A stretch of DNA of 64,000 nucleotides from Octopus vulgaris (taxonomy: Eukaryota), in assembly GCA_951406725.2 (NCBI GenBank), contig OX597836.1, positions 23,932,001 through 23,996,000 of the forward strand, in the 5' to 3' direction. The notes beneath the pieces were generated by a model. That model was not told the DNA's origin, searched no databases, and was given only the letters and a program-made list of their open reading frames with translations. Both the position numbers and the translations under genes were made by a program. This document shows positions 27,184 through 41,660 of the stretch, piece by piece; positions within the stretch are counted from its first letter, which is position 1; the number at the start of each line of letters is the position of its first letter.

Positions 27184-28699
27184 GTGAGTATATATATGTG
27201 TACAATTATTATACAAAATTAGAAAAGTAATTTCTATGCATTCTTCTGTTAATGAAATGTTCTAGTTTTTGATTTATTGACGTTTGTAGATTTGTTTTAC
27301 AATTTTTCTGACCGAAATTTATGCTAACAGAGTCTTAAACTTTTGCAATATTTAAGAATATTTCACGCTTCCTACATAGCATGCATCATTATCAAGAAGT
27401 ATATTCAAAATAAAATATTATCTATAAGTAATATCAATTCACATGTGTATAAAGAAGGATGTAATAACGATTTAAAAAGTGGAGAATTTGAAAATCTGTC
27501 GTTCTAAAACTGTATTTGATTTTAAATTTAGACTTAATGCGCATGTAATGAACAACTATTAATTTAGTATTCAAATAAATTAGTTTAATATCAGAATATT
27601 TGAACAATAACATTCATCTTAAAATTCGTGTGGGAAAATGCAGTGAATTAAATTTAAGTTACATCACTAAAAATGAAAATCCGAAAGTGAAACCTCAATA
27701 ACGCTATATAATCACATGAAGAACTTTCTAATTTCAACAAGTCTTGACTAAATTATATTGAAATAATATTTATCCCCACTTCAATATAACTTTTCCATAG
27801 GAACCGATGTTACTACCATTTTAACTTCAAGAGGACGCCTCCTCCAGCTGATTATTCGTTGCAATCTGCACCACCCGATATATATTGCAATCAGGGGGGT
27901 GAACCCCTACCGTCTCCCAACTACGAGACCACCAGACCGTTCAGTTTCGAGCCCTTTGTGTTCATCCTCGTTGGTGGATACTCGTCCGGTAGAGATAGCA
28001 GTGGATCATTCCAGCTCGCAATATATAGAAAACAAGTGACACCCAGTCACCGATCATGCAATAAGCAAATTAGCTAGTTAGAAAATCTCTTATTGAGATT
28101 TTGTAACTACCTAATTTGCTTATATCGAAACAGCTCTCCATTTATAAGTGAATAGAAAATGTTTGAATTTTGCATATAAAGTGAGTGAAAATGAATTAAC
28201 GGTGATAAAGTTTTAGTTTACAACATTTTCTGAAAGTCAACATTTTCACATGCAAGACCTGAATGAAAACTTAATTCAGCAGCGATTTTACATTCATACC
28301 AAATTTTGCATTCTGCATATTAATAGTATTGATCTTCAGAATGTACAGAGGTGAAATGTCTCTGCTCTCTCGACTTTGTCCTCAGTTTCAGTTACTGTAT
28401 CAGCAACAAATTATGGCAAAATTTAAAAAAAAAAAATTCTTCGAAAATACACTAAAATTTTTTTCTTGCTGTTTCTTATTACTGTTTGTAAGAAACAACA
28501 GAAACTTCTAAACTAGGTACTTTATAAACGGTTCAATCAGTTTCAAATTTTGAATATAACATTTTACCGGACAATCGTTTAGCTGCGCACAAGCAAGGAA
28601 ATACTCGAAAGTCCAACAAAGCTTTGTCAATCATCGGCGTCTTATGCATAAGTCCTAATTGATAGGCTTTACAGCTGGTGATATAACTTGATCTACATA

Positions 28700-28837
28700 T
28701 GTAAAAGGATAGATTACGGTATACAGGAGAATGAGTGAGTGGATTATTTACAAAAGCAAAACTTATGACACGCTTTTAATCCTAGAATATTTTTATATGT
28801 AATCGCCGGGAATAAAGAATGGTTGTGCTATTTACCA
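28700..28837 (+). repeat. Arm 1 of a 138-bp inverted duplication (partner 32039-32176)
   Basis: TGTAAAAGGATAGATTACGG...GGTTGTGCTATTTACCA is the reverse complement of 32039-32176, with one mismatch seen. Confidence 0.93.
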
Positions 28838-29386
28838 TAGCTGGATAAATTTTCTTTCAAAGGAAGTTCTTCATCCTTGGAACAAAATTCATTGTATGGC
28901 AAACGTCTCCATAAGCAACCTCATCACAGTTCTTTTTACTTTAAAAAAAAAAAAAGAGAATTCATAAAAATTAAAACCTGTTGCACTAGAAATAAAATTA
29001 TTCTATGATATTATATATTATGAAACTGCTATTCATTGAGAAAGTTTTCTCTTTTCTAAACAGATTGTTTTTATCTGCATCACATTTGTTCAATCAAAAC
29101 ACCTCAATTTAATTGAATTTCTATTTTCCTCTTCTAGGTTGTAGCATCATTTTTATCATATGTTCCTTGAACGATAGAACATTACAAAACCTCTCTTTCA
29201 GTGTTGTGGCAATGTTTTGAGTTAATGATAAAAAATTTTATCAGAACATTCTCATAAACAATCATTCCGTACTTCTCAAAATTTGAAAACCTATCAAGAT
29301 GTACAAAAGTAAAAACCGAAAATTATCGTTTATATTCCTAAAATAATTCATAACACATACAAGTTTTCAATACATATACCATCACA

Positions 29387-29665
29387 GGTGGCGAGTTCGT
29401 TGTATCGTTAGTATGCCGCACAAAATGCTCAGCGGCATTTCGTCTGTCTTTACTTTCTTTGTTCAAATTCTGCTAAAATCGACTTTGCCTTCCACCCTTT
29501 TGGTGTCGATAAAATAAGTACCAATTGAGCAATATGGTCAATATAATCAACTTAAGCGCTAATTCAAATTGTTGGCTTTGTGCCAAATTTTGAAGCCAAT
29601 ATATATAATATCGAAGGCAGCGAGCTAACAGAATCTTTAGAACGCTGGACACAGCATTTCGTCCG
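29387..29665 (+). mobile_element. SINE family A diverged copy plus a second head fragment
   Basis: GGTGGCGAGTTCG...GTTCAAATTCTGCTAAAATCGACTTTGCCTTCCACCC...GTCGATAAAATAAGTACC; a second head AAGGCAGCGAGCTAACAGAATC starts near 29614. Confidence 0.75.
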
Positions 29666-29940
29666 TCTTATGTTCGTGCTCGTGAATAACCAAATTCGAG
29701 AAATATATCAAAGAAATCGGAATTGATATGAGACCAGAGCAAGCCTCCAAAACTGCTCTGCTGGGGACAGGTAGAAGTTTGAGATTGATACTTGAATGTT
29801 GAATGTCTTCCACGATAATCAACAACCAGGTATCAAAGCTTATAATGTGCAAAAAGAGATCCTGTGAGACTTCTGACAACAGCTGCAGCCCGCTCTCACA
29901 AAATCAACCAGAGCTTTGAGTAGTAAAATAATAATAATAA

Positions 29941-30615
29941 TCTTATTATAATGAGCGTTATCTCCGTCTCTCTGTTTCTCTGTGTCCTCTTCAGGACCAA
30001 ACGGCTGGACTAATGGTCACGATGTTTTCTGGGATTACGAAGGAGGTATTCAGGAACGTTTTTAGGTAAAAAAAAAAAGGTGGAAAACTATGATTATTTT
30101 GTAGATATTATGGTTTATTGTACAGTTTAAGGGTATAAAAAAATTAAAATTGAGGGGGGACATAACTAATAAAAAAATTAAAGGGAAGTAAGTCAAATTC
30201 TTACTATAATGAGCGTTATGCCCGTCTGTCTGTCTGTCTTCAATATTCAGTCAAATGGCTGAACCAATGGTCACGATATTTTTCGTGATTACGAAGGAGG
30301 TAATGAGGAAAAATGTGAAAAAGTATGATTATTTGATGTATATTGAGCTTTGTAATAAATCACCTTTGATTTTTTATTTTGTTAAAATTCCGGTGACGAA
30401 GATTAACTATGGATCGCCCCCCTCCCTTCATGCACACGATAATTCGCAAATTTAGAGGGTTTAGATTTCCGATACTAACCCTTTCTTTCCCATCTTAGAT
30501 GGGTAGATTCCTAAAGAGATCCGTTCGCGCATTCACAGCAAACAAGGCACAAGGACAGACTTTAGATCGTATCGGTGTATTTTTACCCACTCCATTGTTT
30601 ACGTCGCTATTGAAA
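29941..30615 (+). mobile_element. Helitron remnant: two tandem 5' ends and a Pif1-type helicase fragment
   Basis: TCTTA(T/C)TATAATGAGCGTTAT...GTCTGTC...GGCTG(G/A)AC at 29941 and 30199. 30529-30612 reads AFTANKAQGQTLDRIGVFLPTP/YVA, matching the RepHel C-terminal motif TINKAQGQTL...LYVA. Confidence 0.72.
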
Positions 30616-30674
30616 AACCATATTCCTCAATATGTAGCAGCCTACTTTTTCTAAGTATCTATGCAGCTCACCGG

Positions 30675-32290
30675 CCAAAGCACCTGGCAACAGTTTCGAC
30701 ATTAGCGGAAGACGTTATTGGTTGAAAATTGGATGCAACATTACCCTTTTCTGGGTCTTGGCACATAGCAATGTGTTACCCATTGTCATCTAGCTGGTTA
30801 CCTCGCCTTCCTGCAAGCACTCATCTAGCTGTTGCACTATCCTTTCACGGACCCCTCTCAGCTTCATCATCCAATAACTTTGGACCCCATCCGGTCCTGG
30901 TCTCTTCCAATTTGGGAGTTTCCTTAACTGCTTTTTTATCATTTTATCTTTTATTATTTTATCTTTAAGTGATCTTGGCCTTCTATACTTCTTAACCAGT
31001 CGTGGATTTCATGTAGCCACTCCGCTTCATCATGTTTTACAGACTGGTCCTAGATTTCACCTCCACAAATGCCCAGCTTTCGTCTGCACCAAGTATTATT
31101 GTTACATGTAATTGCCCATCTAGTTCCTAAAACAGCTTTTTTCTGGTTTGCTTCAAACATGTTTTGCATGAATTGTTTTGTTCTATTGTTATGTTTCCAG
31201 TTTTACTATCCTCTGCTTCAATTCTTCCAGTATCCCATCAGTCCCTTTGTCCTGTATTCTATATGTTCTTTCCAGTTTTCTTATTCTTTCGTTCTGCAAT
31301 TATCCTCTTTCCAATCTATCAACTTGTCCTAAATGTCTTTTTAACTTTGTTTGCTTCTCACAAATTCGTCTACGCTAGTATTGTTCTTTACCTTCTGTTT
31401 TTTCTCTTCTTTTGTATCCAACTCTATCTACCATAGCTACAGCCCAAATACTCTTGTTGCTTTCAGTTATATTTCCCGTCTGAAATATTTTGTTTTAACT
31501 TTGAGCATGCATCGATCAATATACTTCAGATTGGGGTGGGGGATGTTGATCCTGATCTTCTCTAATATATCGGCACATCTTCTTCACTATATCTTGTTGA
31601 GGAGATTCCGACAACGCATGACAGCAAAATGCAACGAAATAGGACTCCTCGAGATGAGTGAACAATAGTTAGCCGATCAGGCAAGAGCAATAAGCTCAAA
31701 ACGATCGTTAATACACATGGAAATTGAAGAGTTAAAATTAAAATAGAAAATAGTGATATTCTTGTGATATGTCTCTTCCCATTACTGCTGCTTCATTTGC
31801 TGAGAGTGCATTTACATTTACACTCTGCTCTACGTCGTCATTGCCGCCATTCATTTCTCTTTCGTCGCTAGGCACGTTATCTGGTGGTGAAGTATTATCA
31901 CTGTTTTTGTTTTCCTTTTGATCTTATTGCTCATGTTTGGTCGGCTAACATTTGCTCGCTCATCTCGAAGAACCCTATTTCATTCCATTTTGCGTTGTCG
32001 GAAACTCCTTTTACTTGGTTTACTTCTGTTCCAGCTTCTGGTAAATAGCACAACCATTCTTTATTCCCGGCGATTACATATAAAAATATTCTAGGATTAA
32101 AAGCGTGTCATAAGTTTTGCTTTTGTAAATAATCCACTAACTCATTCTCCTGTATACCGTAATCTATCCTTTTACACAAAGCCAACAACTCCTCTGCCTC
32201 TGGTTTTGTGTATAAGCACTCTCTGTATGACGATCGGGCCTGCGATGCTCAACCACAGGATACCTGCCGGGTAAAAGGTTTTCACATTTG
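30675..32290 (-). mobile_element. R4/Dong-clade LINE N-terminal to RT-proximal remnant, rearranged
   Basis: Minus strand reads, across frameshifts, WKRPGPDGVQSYWMMKL...DPEKGNVASNFQPIT and FRQR...WNEIGFFEMSEQMLADQ. Confidence 0.7.
32039..32176 (-). repeat. Arm 2 of the 138-bp inverted duplication, inside the R4/Dong remnant
   Basis: Reverse complement of 28700-28837. Confidence 0.93.
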
Positions 32291-32865
32291 GTTTCAGTCT
32301 CATTCACGCCTTTATATGATACCCTTGTATTAGAAATGTTCACTCAATATTGAGGTTTGTGTTTTAAGATTAGCCACCAACCGGTATTTTTTATCGACAC
32401 GCCATTTCTAGTAAGATTGTCAGCCAAGACTGTCGAGTTCATTCGAGACTGCTTTCATTCGCATTTCTGAATATTAGGGACCATGTTCATGATTCTCACT
32501 AGGAGATAGATGGACGTCGGTTGATCCCGTACTCTCATCCAAACATTGCTCGGGTGTTAGGTCCCGATTCGTGGTTCATTCGACTTCATCCTAGGCATGG
32601 AACAGTTGGACACTGACAGGTTGTCACCAATGTGGTTAAAGGGTCCTATCTATCCCAGTTTTTAATCAGAGTGTTTCTTCTAGACAGCTTGCCAAACAAA
32701 GCTTACGACGTTCGTCTACCGATTTTGGAATAACCATTGAATCTCCTGAATTTCTCTTCTCTTTGCTGGATATTGTTTTAAATCACGCAGATGTCCAAAG
32801 TTGACGTTCCACACCAAAGCTTAGTGGGGTTGCCGGTTTATTATTATTATTATTATTATTATTAT

Positions 32866-33392
32866 TGCATGAGATAGCAGAGCATGCCATCAAAGTGACT
32901 CTGGAGTAGGATATACAAAGCCCAGCAAACCCATCTTAACTATCCGTCCATAAGGGTACGTCAGGCATATGCATCACAACCATATGTGCCCGACATGATT
33001 TCATATCAAGTAAAAAAGCTCATAACCTTGCAGGTGGGGCCCGGTTAGTATTTTCTTCAGGTACTTGAATAAGGGTTGTTTAAGGATGAGGAATGAAAGG
33101 TGAATTATTCCAAAGGTGATCTATTCAAATCCCAAAGTCTCCCTCTCGACACATGACTATGATGCCCCTCCCCAATTTTTCTTCTCGTGATCAGAGATGC
33201 ACATATCTTCAGCCACCAAATGAAATGCTCAACTTGTTAAGATCAAACAACTAACAAGCAAATGTGTGCTATTGAGGAGAATATTTGCTTTACACCATCT
33301 TTTATACCAAGATAAATCAATGCACATGACAACACTTCCGATCAGTTAAGATCAAAGGCCATGTGGGCAACTGCCTGATACTATATCAAGGC

Positions 33393-33459
<67 letters not shown>

Positions 33460-33913
33460 GAGTGAGTGAGTGAGAGAGCAGTGCATGTCATCAAAGTAAC
33501 ACTGGGGTAAAATATACGAAGCCCAGCATACCCATCATGACCACCCGTCAGATAAGGGTACACCAGGCACATGCATCACAACGATATGTGCGCGACATGG
33601 TGATCTCATATCAAGATAAACAGCGCAAGACCTTTCAGGTGGGACCCAGTTAGAATTTTCTTCTGGTCGAGTAGTCCATCCCGCTCAAGAGGTCCCTGAA
33701 TAAGGATTGTTTAAGCATGTTGAACGAACCACCCATGTTTCGAAAGGTGAATTATCCAAACCTCCAAGAATTACTTTCAACACACGGCTATGATACTCCC
33801 TCAACTGTTTAAGGCTAAACAACTGACAAGCAAATCTGCGGTATTAAGCAGAATATTTGCTGTAGGCCATCATTTATACGAAGACAAAACAATGTACATG
33901 ATAACACTTCCAA
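32866..33913 (-). mobile_element. Two tandem copies of a ~0.5-kb non-coding retroposon with (TAA)n tails
   Basis: 32866-33392 and 33459-33913 are homologous and each abuts (TTA)n; a 3' fragment at 52406-52490 (+) also ends in (AAT)n. Confidence 0.75.
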
Positions 33914-33914
33914 T

Positions 33915-34160
33915 AGAAGAGAATATGACCAAAATTCTGCGTGTACTCCATCACATGCAGTTGTGGTAGGTTATACAAAGGCGAAACATGCCATCCCCTC
34001 AACATAACGGTAGACGAACATCGCAAATCGGTGACACGAGGAGATATTGATTATTCGAGTATAGCTGATCATGTATAGAAAAATGGAAACCACTTTCCCC
34101 TGTGGGATGAAGTTAAAATTATAGACAGAGAACACCACTGGAAAATAGGAAAACTAAAAG
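33915..34160 (+). mobile_element. Penelope-like element GIY-YIG endonuclease fragment
   Basis: Reads CVYSITCSCGRLYKGETCHPLNITVDEHRK...SSIADHV*KNGNHFPLWDEVKIIDREHHWK, the PLE pattern VY.IxC.CG..Y.GET...EH...H. Confidence 0.8.
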
Positions 34161-34312
34161 CGGGCTTACTTCCTGCAGCCTACGGTACCATGCTATTCGT
34201 TCTTTTCAGCTATCTAATACTTTCCTGATTATTCTGGCCGTGCCAAGGAGGCATACCTTTTGTAACAGTTCTACTGGGCACTCTATTCTAATTTCCCGTA
34301 TATTCCTCTTAC

Positions 34313-36900
<2,588 letters not shown>

Positions 36901-36944
36901 GATCTGTAGTCTTCGATGAAACGTTGACCGAAGCATAGTTCCTA

Positions 36945-37592
36945 GAACCTAGAACGTTATCGGACACTTACAGCCCTCTGCCAATCAGGCAATGCAATAG
37001 TGGTGGAAAGATCGATAACTTTGGTAAGCAGTCTCTAAGCATCGAGAAAAATCTACATGTCGGTCTACTCCAGAATACAATTTACATAAATCTTTGGCCT
37101 GAAGGTGTTAACAAGGACGTGTGCATGTTTGTGTAAAATCAATAGGTATGGGAGTGCCATAATTCAAGCCAGCTCAAGATGGGCGCAGAGCGGCGAAACT
37201 GTTCCGCATTTACCAGTGACCGAGTATTGAGCATTTGTGGAGTTCTGTTGGAATGTTGCTGTGAAATGTAGGCCAAATCTGTCTATCAGCTAGGCCCAAG
37301 TGAGCATGCACCTTGAGTATGCACCTTTTGCATTTAGAAGTAGCTTAACGAGAGGGTGATTACCCTAGTGAACAAGGTGGCCGATTTTCGTTTTATTTTA
37401 ATTTTTTTTGTAGGATTTACAAAGGTTGAAAACTAATTTGCAACCTTTCGGGAAATTATTTCTTGCTTGATTTTTTTATTTCTTTGTTTCTGTTATTTTA
37501 CTTTTACACGCTTTTATATAACTCCACATTTTATTATATTGTATCATCCTGCCCCTTCCTAGATCTTTTTGGAAAACCTGTGTAATAAGAGG
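36945..37592 (+). mobile_element. Tx1-clade LINE 3' remnant
   Basis: Similar by eye to 54500-54720 and 58640-58990 (AAATCTTTGGCCTG, GCGCAGAGCGGCGAAACTGTTC), followed by a T-rich UTR ending TGTGTAATAAGAG. Confidence 0.55.
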
Positions 37593-37597
37593 TTTCC

Positions 37598-37710
37598 TTG
37601 TTCAGTCCCAAGACAAGCCTTGGGCAAGGGTTTTCAACTATAGCCTCGACCAAAGCCTTGTCAGTGGATTTGGTATACAGAAACTGAAAGAAGCCTGTTA
37701 TACATACACA
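37598..37710 (+). mobile_element. SINE family B fragment interrupted by the DD37E transposon
   Basis: GTTCAGTCCC...CCTTGGGCAAG...ACCAAAGCCTTGTCAGTGGATTTGGTA...GAAACTGAAAGAAGCC; a (TATG)n tract follows the transposon after 39046. Confidence 0.75.
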
Positions 37711-39046
37711 CAGAACCACGCTTATAGCTTAAGAGAGAAATTTAGGATTTCTCGGTTTTCTGTGAATTGATTTTGATAAAACTTTTCCCAGCTGGTTTGC
37801 ACACTATGGCAACACCATTGTTATGTTTTAATTATTCTGTGCAACGTCCTTTCTTTTTTATTTCAGTTTTTCGGTGAACTGCGCTAATAGCTTCTGAATG
37901 AAAATAACCCATCTAGTCTTTTGTTTTTTCCAGAAAATGAATGGTAATGATGGATATTAAACATACATTGAGTATATATCTAACAGAAAAACCATAATAA
38001 TATTGTAACATTTATTGACATAGTGAATTATTTAGATCCATGAGCGCCAAAGAAGAAACCATCCGACTGTGGGACCTCCAAAACTGTGACACCTAGGAAG
38101 TTAAGGAATATTGGCCGCAAGTTACGTGGAAAACGAGCAAAGCCATTTTGACCAACCTGACGGTTGGGTAAAAGGTTGGGTCTATTTTGGAGATGAGCGT
38201 CAACAACAGCGTGGAGGAGTCATGTTGTAGACAGGTATCATTGGGGACAGACTTGTTCGCCAAGTCAGGGTGCCTGAATAGATTAAAGTGAACGCAGCCG
38301 CCTACTGCAGTCTTCTGAAGGAGGTCTTGTATCTCTGGCAGAATATACTGCTGCCACTTCTAAGTAATCTCATATTCATGCATAACAACACTCCCTCCCA
38401 CTCTGCTAGGACCACCCAAAATGTCCTAGGGTCTTACGGCATATAAGGTGAAAGGTTAATGGTGTGGCCGCTAGCATCTCTGGATCTGAACCCTATCGAA
38501 AATCTCTGGTCCATTATTAAACAAGATGTTTATCCCGATGGACGCCAATTTACGTAGAAAGATGCCTGGTGGGCGACCATCAAAGCTGCAGCAGACGCAG
38601 TCCAACCTGCTACTATTAAAAAATTGACAAATTCCATCAATAATAGGCTTTTTGAAGTTATCCGTCGAAATGGCGCTCATGTGCCTAAGTAATTCATTAT
38701 GTCAATAAATGTTATAATATTATTATGGCTTTAATTAAATATATAAAAAAAAATGCACATCAACCTGATCACATCAATGGAAAATGCTTAATATATGTCA
38801 TTACCATTCATTTTCTGGAAAAAACAAAAGACTAGATGTGTTATTTTCATCCAGAAGCTATTAGCGTGGTTGACCCCAAAACTGAAGAATCTGAAATAAA
38901 AATGAAAGGACGTTACACAGAATAATAAAAACATAACAATGGTGTTGCCATAGTGTGCAAACCAGCTGGAAAAAGTTTTATCAAAATCAGTTCACAGAAA
39001 ACTGAGAAACCCTAAATTTCGCTCCTAAGTTATTAGCGTGGTTCTG
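37711..39046 (+). mobile_element. Tc1-like transposon with ~240-bp TIRs and DD37E spacing (TRT-like), internally deleted
   Basis: TIRs 37711-37950 and 38798-39046 (CAGAACCACGC...GCGTGGTTCTG). Remnant IFMHNNTPSHSARTTQNVLGSYGI*GERLMVWPLASLDLNPIENLWSIIKQDVY has 37 codons between the D position (38384, AAC) and E (38498). Confidence 0.88.
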
Positions 39047-39239
39047 GGGATGTATGTATGTATGTATGTATGTATGTATGTATGTATGTATGTATGTATG
39101 TATGTATGTACTAGATATCAGCTTTCGGATGATGGGCTCCATACATCGTCAACAATTTCCAAGTTTTTTCTGTCCAGTCGTTTTTATATCGTTTTAGGAC
39201 CAGTCTATAATTCCCACTCCATATCTGATTAAGGATACT

Positions 39240-39618
39240 TGTTTCAATAAGATTTTTGGAATTCAGCTTTGACTGCAATCATTTTCTTACAGTCCTTGTG
39301 TAGTCCTTACTGGTAATTTGTTTCATTTCTTCATTTATTAATTTACTATCATTATTTTCATATACAAACAACAGTTTACATTGTTGGAAAAGGAAAAATC
39401 CTAACATCGGGCTACAAGTAATTTTAGATACCAAGGACCCTCCTAAGTATCGTAGCTGTCCCTAATAACACTATTTCTGAAGCTGTATTAAACTGGGTTT
39501 TATGTCTATATCCTCTATACATCTGTTCAGATCTTTAGGGACTTATAACTACTGGGATACATTTTACCCGCACTATCCATACTCGCTATAATTCAATGGT
39601 TACATCCTGGTACTTTGC

Positions 39619-39622
<4 letters not shown>
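39240..39622 (-). mobile_element. R4/Dong-type REL endonuclease C-terminal fragment
   Basis: Minus strand KIAKYQDVTIEL*RVWIVRVKCIPVVI...VLLGTATILRRVLGI*. Confidence 0.65.
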
Positions 39623-39655
<33 letters not shown>

Positions 39656-39987
39656 GTAGTTTTAATCTGCATGTTTGTTACAATTACACTTACCGAGACA
39701 CACCCAGCGCCCTAGGGCAAGAGAAGGAAGAGAGATGTTGCAGTATGACTGAAAGCTTGGAGAGGGAAAGTAGCAGGGGCACTAGCGAAATAATTTCATG
39801 TAGGAGACACAAGAATGGCTTATAGGCGCAGGAGTGGCTGTGTGGTAAGTAGCTTCCTTACTAGCCACAAGGTTCCGGGTTCAGTCCCACTGCACGGAAG
39901 CTAGGGCAAGTGTCTTCTACTATAGCCGCAGGCCGACCAAAGCCTTGTGAGTGAATTTGGTAGACGGAAACTGTAAGAAACCCGTCG

Positions 39988-40026
<39 letters not shown>

Positions 40027-40602
40027 CTGTGTGTATGGGTGTATGTATGCGTGTATGTGTGTGTGTGTGTGTATGTGTATTTTTATATCTGTGTTTGTCC
40101 CCCACCATAGCTTGACAACCGATTCTAGTGTGTTTAGGTCGCCGTAATTTAGCGAGTCGGCAAAAGAAGCCGATAGAATAAGTACTAGGCTTATAAAGAA
40201 TAAGCCTGGGGTCGATTTGTTCGACTAAAGGTGTTGCTCCAGCATGGCTGAAATCAAATGACTGAAACAAATAAAAGAATAATACAACACAGACATTCAA
40301 ATTGATAGGTTTTTTCTAAGGATGTCAGCAGTATTTGTCAGTATAATCTCTTTGATTTCTCTGAGACATGGTTCTCCTGGGTTGTCATCTGTATGTTTCT
40401 GACATCCCTTTTTTATCATACCAAGGTGACCTAAAGCGAGAACAGCAACAGTTCTCGATTTAAGATGCCACGTCTCTTCTATTTCAATTTCCAGGTCCGC
40501 ATATTTACCTAATTTGTCAAATTCCTTTACAGATATATTTTTATCAGTTGAAACACTTACATCTATTAGTCTACAAGTATTTTTTCATTGTCCTTGATGA
40601 CA
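39623..40602 (-). mobile_element. R4/Dong LINE 3' fragment with (TAA)n tail, split by a SINE
   Basis: Same terminus as 34437 (TTTTAATCTGCATGTTTGTTA); 40285-40602 is homologous to about 34515-34825. Confidence 0.8.
39824..40283 (+). mobile_element. tRNA-derived SINE family B, full length
   Basis: AGGCGCAGGAGTGGCTGTGTGGTAAG...GGTTCAGTCCC head, internal TA/TG microsatellite, CR1-like tail GCTCCAGCATGGC...GACTGAAAC. Confidence 0.88.
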
Positions 40603-41124
40603 GTGTATAGAGGCACCATCTTCAACAGCAGAAAGAATAATAATAATGGGCACATACAATACTCAGAGGATTTTCCAATCCCCACCTCTATCTATCTCAT
40701 CTTAACCCATACATGGACCCGCTCCCCGATTCCAAAGACACGGATAGATCTGCGTCACGCAGTGAAATTGAGGTGGAACTCCCCCAGTAAAAAATGAAAA
40801 AAACAAAATAAAAGGCAATGAAACATCATGCCCCATACCAACATACACGAAAACCTATAGAAAAAACACCCATAATAGCGACAGACAGAGCAACCCCTCA
40901 AGAAAGACAGTCGTCAACACATCTACCATCAACACAACCAGCTCCCTTTGTTTCTTTTCCAAACCATTTCCGATCATCATGGTGGGTTTAAGACTAGGTT
41001 GAATATATTTTTGATATATGCTTATTTCTGAACTGATTCCCATTGATCAATGTAGAGGCCACCTGTTTGTGTGTTCTGTATTTCTTTTGAGGTTGTTCTT
41101 GATATCTTGGACCTTTGTGGCCAC

Positions 41125-41315
41125 TCTGGGAAAATGGGTTCGCGGCATTTCCTCTGGTTTTATATTCTGAGTTAAAATTCCCCCGAGGTCGACACTGCCT
41201 TTAATTTTTTTTAGCTCAATGAAGTAAGTAACAGCTGAGCACTAGAGTCGATGTTATCAATTTTGCCCCTCTCTCATGATTTCAGATGTTTTGCCTATAG
41301 TAGAAAGCATTATTA
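41125..41315 (+). mobile_element. SINE family A diverged copy
   Basis: TTCTGAGTTAAAATTCCCCGAGGTCGACACTGCCTTT...GAGCACTAGAGTCGAT. Confidence 0.65.
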
Positions 41316-41582
41316 TAAGTATTGACAGTGACGCAAAAGACACGCTCTATCTCTCTGTAAAATCTTGAATTGATTTAGTTTGCACATTAATTTTGATGTG
41401 TTACCGTTAAAATATATTGTCATCTATACAGAGAAGCCAATCTACTTTTGTGCAGTGAATTTTCCTATTTTACTCAATTCCCCAGTCGGAGGATCTATTT
41501 TTCTTAAATATTGTGTTTACAAAATTGTTAGCTTTCTTCCAAAAGCAGGGAAGAAATGATAATACTTATTGGTGAAAGATAT

Positions 41583-41586
<4 letters not shown>

Positions 41587-41651
<65 letters not shown>

Positions 41652-41660
41652 AGAGAGAGA
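41587..41660. repeat. (GA)n microsatellite
   Basis: Directly visible. Confidence 0.95.

Noticed and set aside
26966-27205. ORF-track entries 26966-27151 (+) and 26978-27205 (-)
   Set aside because: Off-frame and antisense shadows of the Wnt1 exon.
40603-40960. C/A-rich segment resembling Tx1 ORF1
   Set aside because: Only compositional similarity to 56200-56800; no motif I can support.
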